DNA of 64,000 bases, taken from NCBI GenBank assembly GCA_965637545.1, contig OZ281495.1, positions 13,516,001-13,580,000 on the forward strand. Reading direction: 5' to 3'. Below the pieces are notes generated by a model. It was not told the origin of the DNA and did not search any database. It saw nothing but the letters and a program-made list of their open reading frames with translations. Position numbers and translations under genes: made by a program. Origin of the DNA: Phallusia mammillata. Taxonomy: Eukaryota. Of this stretch, positions 60,671-64,000 are shown in pieces; position 1 is the first letter of the stretch; every line of letters starts with the position of its first letter.

Positions 60671-63600
60671 ATCCCGTCGATATGCTGACTCATCTTTAAA
60701 GGTCACTGACGCGACAAAAGCTATTCAACAGCTAAACAGATGCCATTGGCACAATTGTATGCTGGGTCTGACTGTGAACGTTTGCCAGCATGCCTTTTGC
60801 TGAATCACGCAACTTCCAGCTTGCGTTCCTACATATAAAGGAGATGTATTGACAATGACGGACAGCCTTTGGGTTGGCGTTAATCCGAAGGCGAACTCAC
60901 TTTGGCCCAAACACGCTGTGTCAACAAAACTCGCGTGCCTCTTTCCTATCTCGGCAGTAAAGGGAAAACTCTGAAATAGCAGATTTCCTGGGCTGGTCTA
61001 ACGCCGGCATGGCGCCAAACCTTGTGTTAAAACGCACTCAAAGATATGATCAACCCGCAGCAAAGGTGCTCTCTGAAGTAACATTACTGAAAGATTGATG
61101 CCTGGGGTGAAAGTCAACGTAAGCTCGCATTATTCTCTGCTTAAACACGTTTCCCTTCAGAGAGAGAGAAGTGTTTCGGAGGATCGACTACTTTCTGTTT
61201 CCGAATACACTGCTGCGCAATACCAGCACAACCCATGTTCACAAAAAATACTTTGCTACATAATTCTGAGTGATGAGTCACATAACAATAAATTAAACTG
61301 TTCTTCACCTGTGTGTGCAGTGGCAAAACATTTCTTATCTAATCACTTTTGAAAATCTCTAGAAAACCCATTAATCTATCGCAAAGGCTTCCAAGTTACA
61401 TAACAAAAAACACTACAACAAACGCTTGAAGTGTGCATCGATGCAGATCGACACTTGTCGAATAACTGCTCTTGCAAGTGCGTTTCGGTAAAGTGCGCTC
61501 GCGGCATATAAGGACCACAAGATCAGAGCATTTTTTTCTGAATCGTTGAGGTCAGTGAGTCCTGCGAACCGGGACGAGGTGTCAATACACGTGTCATGCA
61601 GTTTCCCCAATAGCCGGTGGAAAGCGTCCGATTGCCTAGACGCAGACATAAGATTGCGTGAAATGTGCGAAAGGCGTTATCGCACGGGTTTGCGACAGCC
61701 CACCACTTGCAATATGTCAACTTTGAACTTGACCGAAAATGCGTTCGCTTTATTGAGAAAAAAAACACAGATGTGATGATCAAACAGGAGCCCTACTCAC
61801 CAGACTCGCAACTCAAGTTTAATATTGGCCAAAAAGCATATTAAAACCGACATGCTTTATTCCCAAACGTTTCGACCAACATTTATGCCATCGTCAGTGA
61901 TTTGAATGCTTCTCGTAAACTAAAAAAGTGAAAGTGAAACGAATTACCATCCCAACTTGGTCAACACGGGCAAGATTATGAGCACATACATAGAAAAGAT
62001 GAAAAAGCAGCTTTTCCCCACAACATCGTGCCAAATAAAATGCCACCGGTTAGCGCGTTTTAGTGGCGCCAGAGGTGGAGTAATCCAGGGCAACTTTGCA
62101 TACCATAGGCGAGAAACCTTTCGGCTTCAGTTCAGGTCCGCAAGATCACAGGCTCAACACCCAATTGTCAAAGTTATTAACTCGAACCAATTTTCATATT
62201 GCTCTACTGCGGGACGTGGGAAATATATTAAGCGAGCCGCAGTGCTGGATGTAAATTCTGAACTAGTTAGGCTTTGATATCCGACAGTGCACGGAAATAG
62301 AAATCTGGATAGTTGTAAGCTTATCCACCACCGCAAAAACAACACACGAGCCTGTGAATTTCCAACTCTAAGACTGCGAAAACCTGATGTGTATGCTCAC
62401 AGCGGAACTGAATAGGGAGCACAAAATCAATTGCGGTTTGTATACCTTTTGAACAACTGCACGGCTGTTCGTGGGGAGTGCATTTAAATTAAAGTAAGCA
62501 CTTCTCTATTTTCAATTGTTCGGTACTCACGTTCGGCATTCACTTTGTGTACACGAAAAATTAGAATACAAACCATTGAATTAAAATGTAAAACTGAATT
62601 TTGAGTTGACTTTATGTACATTAATCTCGATCCCACAAAAGCAACCTGCTTTTAAGCTTAGGTCTCAATAACCAGAAAAAAGGGACATAGTCATGATCTC
62701 AACGTAAAGGAAGTTTGATATCAAATTGCTGGAAGCAACATGCACTTGCAAAATTGGCGCCTGTTTCGCATAGCATTTCCCAAATTACAGTATAGATTGA
62801 ACCGAAAGTATTTTTGTACTGTGAACCGGGCCTAAACCGGAACAGGCACTTTACACAGACATCGTAATCCGCATGTTTTGCAGCTAAAATTGCATGTAAT
62901 GACCTTTAAGCGGCTGTAGAGCAGTGAGGTGAAGCGGTAAGAAATTCAGGTCAAATTAAAGCGTCTCAAATTTGTGTTCAAAATTTTGACTTTGACGATG
63001 TCCCATTAAAGTTAAACATGGGACATATTTTTGGCTTTGTATAGAAATGATAGCAACGGGGCAATAAAACCTGGTGGTCACACATTGCGTGTATTGGAGC
63101 GCTTGTTTACATTTCGTCTGGTTGTGGCGAGTTACCTACTGTAATATGTAAACATAAAACATGTTTTTTAAATGTTTTACAAACCAAAATCACCTCCGTT
63201 TGGAACAACTATATAAGAACTTGTGCACTGTTTACGGCTTAATATTTTATCTGACAACAAAAGCACGTATAGTTGTTATGGTTGAAACATTTACTTTGGA
63301 GACCACATATTTTTCAGAGATTTTTTCGACATTCAGTGCTCAACCAAAAAAATTTCACATCCTCTAAATACGCCAGCGCAGGCCTAAAAAAAGTTGTGGG
63401 CAAAATCGACCAGATCTAAAACACCAAAAAACACTGAGCATGTTGCATACATAGCTTGCCTGACTTCACAATGCATGATACACAAAATGCGGTTTGGCAA
63501 TGCAACTCCCACATCAATACCACCACAAGCCGCCAACAGAAAGATGGCAGACTTCAGATCTGTCGTCTTGTTTCACATCTTTCAGCGGTCGCGTGCTCAC

Positions 63601-64000
63601 CACTTGTAAACTATTCGCAAGAAGCCAGAGCTGGAAATCCTTATCCGAAACGTCTCGAGCCCCTGCCGATACGGTACAAGTACGCTAATCCGGTAAGAGA
63701 TAAACTGCCCCGTCGAAAACCTTAACGGCTTGCAGAGTGTCCACTTATGGACACTTGACCAAACGTACGACTTGTATTAGACTCTAGACAAGCCCTGAAC
63801 ATGAACCACAATACCAAATCGGTACATTGCATAAAACATTTACTGAAAAGTTTCAAATTCAATTCAGCAAATCGCTTGAGGTATAACAATATCGAAACAG
63901 AAAAAACTATTTTTTCATGATGCTTTAAAAAACTGATATTACACAGTGTTTTGCACTGACAAACGTTTCCCATCTGCCACAAAAATTTCTCAGCTGCAAC

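Noticed and set aside
1-64000. CRISPR arrays, operons, prokaryotic defence systems or intact transposase/RT ORFs
   Set aside because: The sequence is eukaryotic intron-exon DNA. I saw no spaced repeat array and no long ORF with such motifs.

Overview
This is AT-rich eukaryotic (metazoan) genomic DNA with GT-AG introns. It is probably an invertebrate chordate such as an ascidian, but that is inference from gene content and intron style only. Two genes lie in tandem on the minus strand. (1) A complete 16-coding-exon ADAMTS-like gene of the THSD4(ADAMTSL6)/ADAMTSL4 type spans 55480 to 5554. I reassembled it by hand with every splice phase matching (2559 nt, 852 aa): signal peptide, TSR1, Cys-rich module, spacer, Pro/Arg-rich linker, six more TSRs and PLAC, with no metalloprotease domain. 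(2) The first two coding exons of a class-6-like semaphorin (1694 to 519) run off the left edge. The most interesting structure is a 30.5-kb intron (23351-53817) at the CA/CB boundary of the Cys-rich module. It contains a second signal-peptide exon with a perfect phase-0 donor, a phase-0 microexon and a weaker third signal-peptide candidate. Together these suggest internal promoters and swappable N-termini. Non-coding elements include a hAT-type MITE, a tRNA-Leu-like SINE/pseudogene, a perfect 16-bp hairpin and two degenerate hammerhead-like motifs. I found no CRISPR array, intact transposon or prokaryote-type system, and most ORFs in the supplied track look spurious.
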